Assembly (NCBI GenBank): GCA_018672055.1
Contig: JABHGM010000001.1
Span: 353,404-417,403 of the forward strand
DNA: 64,000 nt
Direction of reading: 5' to 3'
DNA from: a bacterium
GTDB lineage: Bacteria; Patescibacteriota; Patescibacteriia; UBA1558; UBA10009
Shown here: positions 10,436-20,260 of the stretch, in pieces
How the letters are laid out: each line of letters opens with the position of its first letter
How positions within the stretch are numbered: position 1 is the first letter of the stretch
Translations under genes and position numbers: made by a program
Notes under the pieces: generated by a model
The model's database searches: none
Seen by the model: only the letters and a program-made list of their open reading frames with translations
Told to the model about the DNA's origin: nothing

Positions 10436-11197
10436 ATGGCTAGAATAATCTCAATTATAAATCAAAAAGGCGGTGTAGGTAAAACTACTACCGCCATTAA
10501 TTTAGCTGCATATCTAGCAGCTTTAGGTAAAAAAGTTTTACTGGTTGATATTGATCCGCAAGGTAATGCTTCATCTGGGTTAGGTTTTGATTATCAAAAA
10601 ATAACTAAAGGTATATATGAGATAATGGCTTTTGATGAAATTAATTTACCTGACATTACACTACAGCATAAGATAGATAATTTACATATCGCCCCAGCCA
10701 CATTAAATTTAGCTGGAGCAAATGTTGAGCTAGTGGATCTACCAAGAAGAGAGTTTAGATTAAAAGACCAGCTTAAACCATACATGCATCAATATGATTT
10801 CATTTTAATAGATAATCCGCCTTCTCTTGGACTTTTAACTATAAATGGCATGGTTGCAGCTGATGAGCTCTTAATCCCTGTTCAATGCGAATATTTTGCT
10901 TTAGAGGGCCTTTCTCAATTACTTTATACTATTAATTTAATTCAGAATAATTTGAAACCAGACTTAAATATACTAGGAGCTATCTTAACAATGTATGATG
11001 GTAGAAATAGTTTATCAGAAGCAGTTTTTAATGAGCTCTATCAACATTTTCCAAGAAAGATATTTAGATCAGTTATTCCTAGAAATATACGTTTAGCTGA
11101 AGCTCCATCATATGGTAAATCTATTTTAGAGTACGAACCAAGTTCCAAGGGAGCTAGAGCATATAATAAGCTAGCTCAAGAAATATTATTAACTTAG
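10436..11197 (+). CDS. parA: Chromosome partitioning ATPase ParA/Soj
   Basis: 253 aa. Deviant Walker A INQKGGVGKTTTAINLAA. Confidence 0.95.
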   Translation: MARIISIINQKGGVGKTTTAINLAAYLAALGKKVLLVDIDPQGNASSGLGFDYQKITKGIYEIMAFDEINLPDITLQHKIDNLHIAPATLNLAGANVELVDLPRREFRLKDQLKPYMHQYDFILIDNPPSLGLLTINGMVAADELLIPVQCEYFALEGLSQLLYTINLIQNNLKPDLNILGAILTMYDGRNSLSEAVFNELYQHFPRKIFRSVIPRNIRLAEAPSYGKSILEYEPSSKGARAYNKLAQEILLT

Positions 11198-11203
11198 AAT
11201 ATT

Positions 11204-12076
11204 ATGACAAATAGTGGTTTAGGCAGAGGTTTAGGTTCATTAATTCCTAAATTAAATGTCACAGATTATGAAGATGCAAAAAGACCTTCTTTTGAAGATA
11301 AAGTTTTAGATATCTCAGAAAGAGTATTACAAATATCAGTTAATGATATTAGTAGTAATCCATATCAACCAAGAAAAAGTTTTGAAAGTAGTGATATGGA
11401 AGATTTAGTTGATTCAATTAAAACTCATGGTATTTTACAACCATTAATTGTTACTGAGGAAGATGGTAAGTATCAATTAATTGCCGGAGAAAGACGATTA
11501 AAAGCTGCGCGTGTAGCAGGACTCCTTAAAGTACCAATAATTGTTAGAAATGCTGAGAATAGAGAGAAGTTAGAACTAGCTTTAATAGAGAACGTTCAAA
11601 GACAAAATTTAAACCCTATTGAAGAAGCAGTTGCTTATAAGAAATTAATTGATGAATTTAATTTAACTCAAGAAGAAGTAGGTAAAAGAGTTGGCAAGAA
11701 AAGAGCAACTGTAGCTAATTCATTAAGAATGTTAGATTTGCCTCAGATTATAAAGGAAGGTTTAGTTTCTCGTAAAATATCTGCAGGGCTAGCTAAAGTA
11801 ATACTATCTGCAGAAGGTGAACAAGAAAGAATAAAATTATATAATAAAATAATTAAATTTGCTTTAACTGTACATAAAGCAGAAGCTGAAGTAAGAAAGA
11901 TTAAAGGTATAATAGAAAGTGATAATAAGGATGTAGAAATAGCTGAAAAAGAAGATTCTTTAAGAAAAGTTCTTGGAACTAAAGTAGCTATAAATAAAAA
12001 TGGCCCTAGGGGCCAAGTAGTAATTGATTTTTACTCTAATCAAGAGTTAGATGAAATAATTAAAAAGATTATTTAA
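11204..12076 (+). CDS. parB: Chromosome partitioning protein ParB/Spo0J
   Basis: 290 aa. GLGRGLGSLIP, LQPLIV..Y.LIAGERRLKAA and the HTH ParB-box region are present. Confidence 0.93.
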   Translation: MTNSGLGRGLGSLIPKLNVTDYEDAKRPSFEDKVLDISERVLQISVNDISSNPYQPRKSFESSDMEDLVDSIKTHGILQPLIVTEEDGKYQLIAGERRLKAARVAGLLKVPIIVRNAENREKLELALIENVQRQNLNPIEEAVAYKKLIDEFNLTQEEVGKRVGKKRATVANSLRMLDLPQIIKEGLVSRKISAGLAKVILSAEGEQERIKLYNKIIKFALTVHKAEAEVRKIKGIIESDNKDVEIAEKEDSLRKVLGTKVAINKNGPRGQVVIDFYSNQELDEIIKKII

Positions 12077-13544
12077 TTTTATTTTTATTTAATAAACTAA
12101 TTATTTTTCTATCTTTTTCTTTATTTAAATAATATTTTATTTTATCTTTTGCTACGTTAGTTTTAACAAAGTCTAACCAATCTGGATTAGGCTTTTTTCT
12201 ATTCTTATTAATTAATATTTCAATAACATCTCCACTTTTTAGAGGAGTGTCTAATGAATTCATTTCATCATTTATTAAAGCACCACTACATTTATTACCC
12301 ACATCTGTATGAATATGATATGCAAAATCAACAGGCGTAGAATTTTCAGGTAAATCAATTACATCACCTCTTGGTGTAAAGACAAATATTCTGTTTTGAA
12401 ATACTTCAACTTTAATTTCTGATAAATATTTTGAATCATCTTGAAACTTTTTTTGAATATCTTTTAAACCATCTATCCAGATAGCTTTTTCTTTTGTTAA
12501 CTTTTTAATATCACTTTCTTTGTATTTCCAATGAGCAGCAATACCAAATTCAGCAAGATCATGCATTTTTTGCTCTCTTATTTGGAACTCAACTATTTTA
12601 CCCTTCTCAGCAAAAACAGTTGTGTGTAATGATTGATAACCGTTAGGTTTAGGTTGTGCAATATAATCTTTAACCCTGCCTTTTAATGGTTTCCATTTTT
12701 TATGTACCAGACCAAGTACTCTATAGCATTCAGGAATATCTTTGACTACAACTCTTATAGCTATTAGATCATATATTTTATCTATATCTTTATCACGTGT
12801 TAACATTTTACGATACAGAGAATATATATGTTTTACTCTGCCATGTATAGAGATATATTCAATACCTTCTGCTTGTAATTCTTTTTGCATTATTTTCTTT
12901 ATCTTTTCAATAAATTTAAATTCTACTTTTAATTTATTTTCAGCTTCTTTTTTAACCCAGGCATATTCTTTAGGATAAACATAAGGAAAAGCTAAATCTT
13001 CTAAATTTCCTTTCATTTCACCCATACCAAGTCTAAGAGCAATTGGTGCATATATTTCTAAAGTTTCTAAAGCAATCCTTTTTCTTTTATCTGGTCTTAA
13101 GTGTTCTAAAGTTTCTAAGTTATGCATTCTATCTGCAAATTTAATTAATATAACCCTAATATCTTCAGCCATAGCTAAAAACATTTTACGTAAGTTTTCA
13201 GCATATCTTTCTAAACCACGATATTTAAGAGTACCAAGCTTTGTAATCCCTTCAACAAGTTTAACAACTTCTTTACCAAATTTCTTTTTAATATCTTCTA
13301 GTGTATAGCTAGTATCTTCAGGTACATCATGAAGCAGACCAGCGATTATAGAAGGCGTATCTAATCTTAATTTAGCAAGATTTAATGAAGTAGCTAAAGA
13401 ATGTTGAATATAGTCTTCACCTGACTGACGTTTCATGCCAGCATGAGCCATAGCAGCAAATTCATAAGCTTCACGTATTTTTTTAACGTTAGCATCAGGA
13501 TTATATTCTTTAACAGCTTCAATTATTTGTTCGATAGTTATCAT
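12069..13544 (-). CDS. RelA/SpoT-family (p)ppGpp synthetase/hydrolase, short form (HD + synthetase + TGS only)
   Basis: 491 aa. HD motif (HDVPEDT), RelA_SpoT synthetase core (GRVKHIYSLYRKM, YQSLHTTV) and a TGS domain are present; the helical/ZFD/ACT C-terminal half is absent. Confidence 0.9.
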   Translation of the reverse strand: MITIEQIIEAVKEYNPDANVKKIREAYEFAAMAHAGMKRQSGEDYIQHSLATSLNLAKLRLDTPSIIAGLLHDVPEDTSYTLEDIKKKFGKEVVKLVEGITKLGTLKYRGLERYAENLRKMFLAMAEDIRVILIKFADRMHNLETLEHLRPDKRKRIALETLEIYAPIALRLGMGEMKGNLEDLAFPYVYPKEYAWVKKEAENKLKVEFKFIEKIKKIMQKELQAEGIEYISIHGRVKHIYSLYRKMLTRDKDIDKIYDLIAIRVVVKDIPECYRVLGLVHKKWKPLKGRVKDYIAQPKPNGYQSLHTTVFAEKGKIVEFQIREQKMHDLAEFGIAAHWKYKESDIKKLTKEKAIWIDGLKDIQKKFQDDSKYLSEIKVEVFQNRIFVFTPRGDVIDLPENSTPVDFAYHIHTDVGNKCSGALINDEMNSLDTPLKSGDVIEILINKNRKKPNPDWLDFVKTNVAKDKIKYYLNKEKDRKIISLLNKNKIK

Positions 13545-13674
13545 ATATTTTGTTTATTTATTGTACTAATACTAGATAAATAAGTAAAGAGATACTTGAC
13601 TTTTAGAGTAAAATATTATAATATGTTCTATTAAATAAGTATGCACACAAACAACTAAATATAAGGAGAAAATA

Positions 13675-14643
13675 ATGCGTTATTTAATAGTACTTACAGT
13701 AATGGTAGTTATACTCTTAAATGTAACTATAGCTCAAAGACCTAACGTAATAATTATAAATGACTTTAATTGTCGTAATAATGCAAAATCAGCAATTGAA
13801 TATATGGATTGCTATGAGCAGGCAAGTAGAGCTACTACTACCTATTTTTCATTAGATAATGATAATTATAGTGATTTTGACACATTCGTTTATAACTCAG
13901 CGATACATGAATTGAATAATTTATTGTGGCTTATAATAACCTATAGGATAGATAATGGTCAGAATGAACGAATATTGTCAAATTATTTAAAAAAGGAATT
14001 AGATAATTATTCAGATGATAGTGTTAATCGTGGTGAAATCTTAATAACAAACTCAGATGAGTTTGTTGCAAATAGCGATAAACATAGAAAACTTACCAAT
14101 ATTATCTATGATAAACTGGCTCAGCTGGTCAATGAGATAATTGAATTAAAACCAGCAAATATGTACGATCGTATATTTGTAAACGGTATTACTACTAGTT
14201 ATTCTGCTTATAAGTACGAAGGCATTCCTACTATGTCTGACTTGGATAATGTAAAAAGTAGATTACTTAAATCGGGGGCAATTCCTATAGAGAATGTTAA
14301 AAAGATGATTTATACAGCTAATTCAAAAAGTCTTTTATATAATGCAGAGGATGAATTTCTTAGTTATTATAAAGACTTTGATTGGTATGAAGAACGAATA
14401 AAAAAAGCTTCTTTAGAAGTCCTTGAATTAGATCCTAGTTTTGCAATCCCTTGTTATAAAGGATATATTGATTATGACTGGGGCAGAGAAATGATGAATG
14501 CTGCAATAGAAGAGAGACCTTTTAATGAAAAATATTTTTTTAGGAAGTATCTTATACTTGGAGCAATACTAATTAATGTGGCATTAATCTTTTATTTAAT
14601 GTATTTGGCAACACATAAGCCTAAGCAATCGATACAATCTTAA
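13675..14643 (+). CDS. Hypothetical protein with N-terminal signal/anchor and C-terminal TM helix
   Basis: 322 aa. Hydrophobic N-terminus (LIVLTVMVVILLNVTIA) and C-terminal TM (LILGAILINVALIFYLMYLA). No recognisable catalytic motifs. Confidence 0.5.
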   Translation: MRYLIVLTVMVVILLNVTIAQRPNVIIINDFNCRNNAKSAIEYMDCYEQASRATTTYFSLDNDNYSDFDTFVYNSAIHELNNLLWLIITYRIDNGQNERILSNYLKKELDNYSDDSVNRGEILITNSDEFVANSDKHRKLTNIIYDKLAQLVNEIIELKPANMYDRIFVNGITTSYSAYKYEGIPTMSDLDNVKSRLLKSGAIPIENVKKMIYTANSKSLLYNAEDEFLSYYKDFDWYEERIKKASLEVLELDPSFAIPCYKGYIDYDWGREMMNAAIEERPFNEKYFFRKYLILGAILINVALIFYLMYLATHKPKQSIQS

Positions 14644-14656
14644 TGTATTTAAATAA

Positions 14657-14688
14657 CCCTCTGATCAATGATCAGAGGGTATTTTTTT
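14657..14688. terminator. Bidirectional intrinsic terminator between convergent genes (CCCTCTGA-loop-TCAGAGGG, T7 on the + side, A-run on the other)
   Basis: Read directly. Confidence 0.7.
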
Positions 14689-14712
14689 ATTTAAATTTAT
14701 TTGTTTATATAT

Positions 14713-16896
14713 TTACTTACAATCTTTATTTGAGCACTTAGTAGTATCTTTAGGTCCAAATACCATTAAGGCTTCACACTTTGGACATTTATCACCGGTT
14801 GGTTTAGACCATAGAGCGTGTTTACAATCAGGATATTGGTTACAAGCAAAAAATGTTTTACCTTTTTTACTTCTTTTTTCTACTATATCACCTTTATTAC
14901 ACTCTGGGCATTTTACTCCAGTCTTTTTTTCAATATTTTTTATATTCTTACAATCTGGGTAACCAGTACAAGCTATGAATTTTCCGAATCTACCATGCTT
15001 TACTGCCATAGGTTTACCGCACTTATCACACTTTTCTTTGATTTCTTCAGGTTCTTCAATTTTTCCATCATCACCAATTTGTTTAGTATTTTTACATTCT
15101 GGATAATTAGAACAAGCTAAGAATTTACCAAATCTACCTAATTTAATAAGCATAGCTTTACCGCATTTATCACATTTTTCATCTGACTTTTCTTCAGTTA
15201 TATCTTTTTTATTTATTTCTTCTTCTTTTAACATAAGATTTTTTTTAAAAGGTTCATAAAAGTTTTTTATAATTGGTTGCCACTCTTTATTACCCTGAGC
15301 TATTTCATCTAAATCATCTTCCATAGAAGCGGTAAATTTATAATCTACTATATCTTTAAAATGTTTTACTAATAAATCATTTACTACAATACCAATTTGT
15401 GTTGGTTTTAATCTTTTTTCTATTCTATCAACATATTTTCTAGTTTGTATTGTAGCAATAGTTGGAGCATAAGTTGAAGGTCTGCCAATACCATGCTCTT
15501 CTAATACTTTAACCAATCCAGCTTCAGAGTATCTAGCAGGTGGTTCTGTAAAATGTTGAATACTTTTAATTTCTTTATCTTTTAAAATATCTTTTATTGA
15601 AAGTTTAGGTAATATGTCATCACCGCTTTTAGGAGGTATTACTTTTAAGAAACCATCGAATGTTATAACTGAGCCTTTAGCTCTAAAGATATATTGATTA
15701 TCACTTACTATATCTACATTTGTATTATTAACGAGAGCAGAAGCCATTTGAGAGGCTATAGCTCTTCTCCAGATTAAATTATATAACTTAAATTGTTTAT
15801 CATTTAAATGTTGCTTAATACTTTCTGGATCATAACTAGCATGTGTTGGACGTATAGCTTCATGAGCTTCTTGAGCTAGTTTTGATTTTGTTTTGTAAAT
15901 ACCTTTTTTAAAATATTCTTTACCATACTTATCAGTAATATATCCTTCAGCTTCATTTATGAACTTATCAGATAAAGTTAAAGAGTCAGTACGCATATAG
16001 GTAATTAAACCAACTTGACCTTCATTACCAAGATTAATACCTTCATAAAGCTGTTGAGCAAACATCATAGTTTGTTTAGCTGAGAAGCCAAGCATTCGGT
16101 TGGCTGTTTGTTGTAGGGTTGAAGTAGTAAAAGGAGGTAGTGGATTTCTTTTTGATTCTTTTTCATCTACTTTGCCAACTGTATATTTTTGTCCTTTTAA
16201 TTCATCTAATATTTTATCAGAACCTTTTTTATCTGAAATATCAAATTTAGTTAACTTCTTTTCAGGCGTACTATTTAATTTAGCATTAATATCATTATCA
16301 TCTTTAGTAAATAGTCCTTCAATAGTCCAATATTCTTCTGGTTTAAATGCTTCTATTTCTCTTTCACGTTCTACTATTAAACGAACACAGACAGATTGAA
16401 CACGTCCAGCTGATAATCCACGAGCTACTTTTTTCCAAAGGAAAGGAGATAATTCATAACCGACTAATCTATCTAATATTCTACGAGCTTGTTGAGCATT
16501 TACTAAGTTATTATCAATTTTACCAGGTTTTTCTAAAGCTTCTTTTATAGCTGATTTAGTAATTTCATGAAAAGTAATTCTTTTGGTATTTTTTGGATGT
16601 TTAAATATATTATCTAAGTGCCAAGCAATAGCTTCACCTTCTCTATCTTCATCAGTTGCGTAATATACTGTAGAGGCTTTACTGGCTAATTTTTTAAGCT
16701 CACTAGCTCTTTTTTTAGCCTTGTCTGGTACTACGTATTCAGGTTCAAAATCATGTTCAATATCAACACCCATAGTACTTTTAGGTAAATCACGTATATG
16801 TCCAAAGCTAGATTCTACTTTATAGTCATATGATAAAAAACGGCTAATTGTTTTAGCTTTTGTAGGGGATTCGACTATGACTAAATTCTTACTCAT
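14713..16896 (-). CDS. topA: DNA topoisomerase I
   Basis: 727 aa. TOPRIM N-terminus (LVIVESPTKAKTI), active-site region, and three C-terminal C4 zinc-ribbon repeats (CDKCGK..C..YP.CKN). Confidence 0.95.
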   Translation of the reverse strand: MSKNLVIVESPTKAKTISRFLSYDYKVESSFGHIRDLPKSTMGVDIEHDFEPEYVVPDKAKKRASELKKLASKASTVYYATDEDREGEAIAWHLDNIFKHPKNTKRITFHEITKSAIKEALEKPGKIDNNLVNAQQARRILDRLVGYELSPFLWKKVARGLSAGRVQSVCVRLIVEREREIEAFKPEEYWTIEGLFTKDDNDINAKLNSTPEKKLTKFDISDKKGSDKILDELKGQKYTVGKVDEKESKRNPLPPFTTSTLQQTANRMLGFSAKQTMMFAQQLYEGINLGNEGQVGLITYMRTDSLTLSDKFINEAEGYITDKYGKEYFKKGIYKTKSKLAQEAHEAIRPTHASYDPESIKQHLNDKQFKLYNLIWRRAIASQMASALVNNTNVDIVSDNQYIFRAKGSVITFDGFLKVIPPKSGDDILPKLSIKDILKDKEIKSIQHFTEPPARYSEAGLVKVLEEHGIGRPSTYAPTIATIQTRKYVDRIEKRLKPTQIGIVVNDLLVKHFKDIVDYKFTASMEDDLDEIAQGNKEWQPIIKNFYEPFKKNLMLKEEEINKKDITEEKSDEKCDKCGKAMLIKLGRFGKFLACSNYPECKNTKQIGDDGKIEEPEEIKEKCDKCGKPMAVKHGRFGKFIACTGYPDCKNIKNIEKKTGVKCPECNKGDIVEKRSKKGKTFFACNQYPDCKHALWSKPTGDKCPKCEALMVFGPKDTTKCSNKDCK

Positions 16897-16899
16897 ATA

Positions 16900-18195
16900 T
16901 TATTTTTTACCGTTTTTACCATTAGGCTTTTTAAAACTTCTTCTAGTTTTTAAAATAGCTTCTTCATTAGTCCATTTAGTTCTAAGCTCTCCAGCTAAGA
17001 AGAACGAACCTGTTATTAAAAGCAGATCACCTTTTTCTAATTCATTTAAAGCATCTTTTAATGCTTTCCAAGGATCAATATGTATAACAATAGGTAGTTT
17101 AGATCTTTGAGTTCTAGCAATCTCACGTAGCTCTCTTAAGTTAGCAGATTTTCTAGTTTGTTTTAAGAATCTAGTAATATATATTTTATCAGCTATAGGT
17201 AATATTGATTTTAAACATTTTCTATAATCTTTATTAGCAGCTATAGCAAATACTAAAATTAATCTCTTGTATTTCTTCTTCTCAATTTTTTTTCTTAAAT
17301 ATTCAAGTTTAGGTGGGTTATGTGCTCCATCAATAATAACAAGAGGTTCTTTTTGCACAGATTCAAGTCTACAAGGCAGGGTAGTTTCGGTTAAACCTTT
17401 TTTAATAACCTTCTCTTTGATTCCTAAAGCAGCAGCAGCACCATGAGCTAGTATTTTATTAGAATTGCCATCTTCAGGTTTTAAGAAAATATATTTTGCT
17501 CCCATCTTAGCACATTTTTTCTTAAATATTTCTAAAAGTTTAGGTCTAGTTTCTGTAGTAATAAAAGTTGAATTCTTTTTAATAATTCCTGATTTATCTT
17601 TAGCAATTAAACTCAAAGTATTACCAAGTACATCCATATGGTCATAACCAACATTAGTAATTAAGGCTAGTTTAGTATTCTTAACTACATTAGTAGCATC
17701 ATAGGCACCACCAAGTCCTGCTTCTAAAACAATATAGTTACAATTTTTCTTTTTAAAGTAGAGAAAAGCTAAAGTTAAAAAGACTTCATAATATGAAGGG
17801 CAACCATAGGGAGATTTCATAATAGCTTTTTTTAAATGAGGTTTAATATGATCAACAAGTTCAATAAAATCTTTTTGTGAAATATATATATCATTTACTT
17901 TAATTCTTTCAATTGAAGTAGTTGAATGAGGAGAAAAGTAAGAACCTACCCTATAACCTGCTACTAAGAGTATTTTATGAAGATAATTAGTAACAGTTCC
18001 TTTACCACCAGTGCCAGTAATATGGATTATCTTAAAACCGTCTTGTGGGTTATCCATAAGCTTTAAGAAGTACCTTAAACGATCAACATAATATGATCTG
18101 TCGATTTTATCTTTCTTCATATAGTTCTTAGAGGTCATATTATTGATAGACTCTAAGAAATCAACTGCTCTTTGATATTTGCGAAATGTATTCAT
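16900..18195 (-). CDS. folC: Mur-ligase-family protein, folylpolyglutamate synthase/dihydrofolate synthase-like
   Basis: 431 aa. P-loop IHITGTGGKGTV typical of FolC/Mur ligases, plus the Mur ligase middle-domain pattern. Confidence 0.7.
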   Translation of the reverse strand: MNTFRKYQRAVDFLESINNMTSKNYMKKDKIDRSYYVDRLRYFLKLMDNPQDGFKIIHITGTGGKGTVTNYLHKILLVAGYRVGSYFSPHSTTSIERIKVNDIYISQKDFIELVDHIKPHLKKAIMKSPYGCPSYYEVFLTLAFLYFKKKNCNYIVLEAGLGGAYDATNVVKNTKLALITNVGYDHMDVLGNTLSLIAKDKSGIIKKNSTFITTETRPKLLEIFKKKCAKMGAKYIFLKPEDGNSNKILAHGAAAALGIKEKVIKKGLTETTLPCRLESVQKEPLVIIDGAHNPPKLEYLRKKIEKKKYKRLILVFAIAANKDYRKCLKSILPIADKIYITRFLKQTRKSANLRELREIARTQRSKLPIVIHIDPWKALKDALNELEKGDLLLITGSFFLAGELRTKWTNEEAILKTRRSFKKPNGKNGKK

Positions 18196-18228
18196 AGTTT
18201 TTAGGGTACATTATTTTTAAGTATTTTG

Positions 18229-19110
18229 TCAATAGTAATATTCTTTCAAGCTATCTAATATGTCATCTGAGCTAGTTATTAATTTAGCTCCTTGTTGAAT
18301 TAACATATTAGTTCCTTTAGAATTTTCATATACTATATTGCCAGGTAAGCATAATATATCCTTACCTTGTTCTAAAGCATACTTAGTAGTAATTAAAGCT
18401 CCAGACTTTAAAGTAGCTTCTATTATTAAAGTTACATTACTTAATCCAGAAATTAATCTATTTCTTCTAACAAAGTTTTTAGGCAAAGGTTTTGCTTTGG
18501 GATAAAACTCAGAAAGTATTAATCCGTTATTATTTATTATATCATCTACTAGCTTTAAATTGCTACTGGGATAAATATTGGAAAGCCCAGAGCCTAGTAT
18601 GGCAGTTGTTGGGCCTTTGTATCTTAAACTTATTTTATGAGCTAAAGTATCAACACCGTAAGCTAGTCCAGAAATAATATTTATATTATTCTTAGCTACG
18701 TCTTTTAATAGTGAAGGCATTACTTGTTTTGCATAATCTGATATATCTCTTGAACCAACTACAGCTAAATTTATATTATTTAATATATTTATATTTCCTT
18801 TGTAATAGAGAATGAATGGGGGATCATATATGTCTTTTAAAAGTTGAGGGTAATCATTATCATAGATAGACACTATATTAATATTATCATTAATTAATTC
18901 ATCTATTAATTTATCAGGGTCGAGCTTGTCTTTTTCTGCAAATATCTTTTTAACTGTTATATCAGCTAAACCTATTTTTATATATTCTTGATAACTTGCT
19001 TCAAAACAAGTTTTTGGATTAATAAAAAAATCCAAGACCTTCTTAAGAGTTACGGGACCTAGACCCTGGATTTGACTTAACGCCAATAAGTATTTCAAAT
19101 CACTTTTCAT
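18229..19110 (-). CDS. dprA: DNA processing protein DprA/Smf
   Basis: 293 aa. Rossmann-like core AVVGSRDIS..ISGLAYGVDTLAH..TTAILGSGL. Confidence 0.9.
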   Translation of the reverse strand: MKSDLKYLLALSQIQGLGPVTLKKVLDFFINPKTCFEASYQEYIKIGLADITVKKIFAEKDKLDPDKLIDELINDNINIVSIYDNDYPQLLKDIYDPPFILYYKGNINILNNINLAVVGSRDISDYAKQVMPSLLKDVAKNNINIISGLAYGVDTLAHKISLRYKGPTTAILGSGLSNIYPSSNLKLVDDIINNNGLILSEFYPKAKPLPKNFVRRNRLISGLSNVTLIIEATLKSGALITTKYALEQGKDILCLPGNIVYENSKGTNMLIQQGAKLITSSDDILDSLKEYYY

Positions 19111-19299
19111 AAATTGTAAGTGGATCTTAGAATATATCTATATTAGTGTCAAGGATTCTAAACTTGATCTTTTTGAGATATCTTGTTAATATATTTTAAC
19201 TACTGTTTAATTTATCTAATTTTAGCTAAAATTATTAGTTAAATATTGACAAAATTGTATTTTCTTGATAAGGTAATACATTATTAATTTTAAATATAG

Positions 19300-19450
19300 T
19301 AATTTGTTTTTAAATTTCTGCTTACCAGCGGTGAAAGTTAGTGTCTCCCTCCTAGCGCAAACGAGTAGCCTTAAGCTAAGACATTATTCCTTTTGGAGTA
19401 GTGCCTTACGCTGGTGAGTGGTAATTTGGAGATAAGTTCTCCATGTTCAT
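19300..19450 (+). ncRNA. Candidate small structured RNA of unknown class; strand uncertain
   Basis: GC-rich relative to its surroundings and contains no ORF. A 9-bp long-range helix (TTACCAGCG...CGCTGGTGA) encloses about 70 nt with internal hairpins, followed by a TGGAGA-TAAGT-TCTCCA hairpin. Plus-strand promoters sit upstream (TTGATC-17-TAATAT at 19164-19192) and a terminator downstream. Confidence 0.3.
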
Positions 19451-19460
19451 TTTAAACATA

Positions 19461-19490
19461 AAAAATGTTCCCATACGGGAACATTTTTTT
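19461..19490. terminator. Bidirectional intrinsic terminator (ATGTTCCC-ATAC-GGGAACAT flanked by an A-run and a T-run)
   Basis: Read directly. Confidence 0.7.
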
Positions 19491-19508
19491 GTTAGGTTGG
19501 AGACCTAT

Positions 19509-19727
19509 TTAGTTTTTAAAAAATTTAGACCAAGGCTTAATAGCAGCTAATAGGAAGACGATAAAGTACCAATACCATTCAAAAGATAGTAGATCAGGTA
19601 AAAGTTTAGCAAGCATTAAAGTAAAAGCAAATATAGCAAGTTTTACTAAGCCCATGTCAGACCAAGTCAATTTTTTAATATTTGAATTTGTCCAGTTTAA
19701 TATACTCATAATTTCACCCCCTTTCAA
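19509..19727 (-). CDS. Small hypothetical membrane protein
   Basis: 72 aa with two hydrophobic helices. Ends 7 nt after pth, likely co-transcribed. Confidence 0.4.
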   Translation of the reverse strand: MKGGEIMSILNWTNSNIKKLTWSDMGLVKLAIFAFTLMLAKLLPDLLSFEWYWYFIVFLLAAIKPWSKFFKN

Positions 19728-19734
19728 AGAAGAT

Positions 19735-20259
19735 TTATATTAAATTATTTATTTCTTGAATAACTTTATTTATCACTTCTTTAACTTTTTTCTTTTCAAA
19801 TAAACCAAATTTATTTAATACAAATTTACTTGTATCTGACATTTTACGTGGGTTATCAGATGCTACGCCTACTCTTATTCTAGTAAAGTCCTGAGTTTTT
19901 AAATGTTTTATAATAGATTTAACACCATTATGGCCAGCCGGTCCACGATTATTTTGTATTTTATATTCTCCGAGTAATAGGTCTTTGTCATCATGTATTA
20001 CTATTACATCTTTAGGATCAATATTATGTTTACGTATTGCGTAAGCTACGGTAAAACCAGATTCATTCATAAAGGTTTGTGGTTTAATGAGCTCAACATC
20101 AGTATTATTAACTTTGGTTTTAATAAAAAGACCTTTAGCCTTTTTATCGTTATTCCAGTTCTCATTACCAGCTAAAGCATCTAAAACCATGAAGCCAATA
20201 TTATGTCTGGTCTTTTCATATTGTTTACCTGGATTACCAAGTCCTATTATTAATTTCAT
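19735..20259 (-). CDS. pth: Peptidyl-tRNA hydrolase
   Basis: 174 aa. LIIGLGNPGKQYEKTRHNIGF N-terminus. Confidence 0.93.
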   Translation of the reverse strand: MKLIIGLGNPGKQYEKTRHNIGFMVLDALAGNENWNNDKKAKGLFIKTKVNNTDVELIKPQTFMNESGFTVAYAIRKHNIDPKDVIVIHDDKDLLLGEYKIQNNRGPAGHNGVKSIIKHLKTQDFTRIRVGVASDNPRKMSDTSKFVLNKFGLFEKKKVKEVINKVIQEINNLI

Positions 20260-20260
20260 A

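Noticed and set aside
19300-19450. SRP (4.5S) RNA assignment for the structured segment near dprA
   Set aside because: A closing helix exists, but the conserved domain IV motif (GGAAG/AGCAGC with GNRA loop) is absent on both strands.
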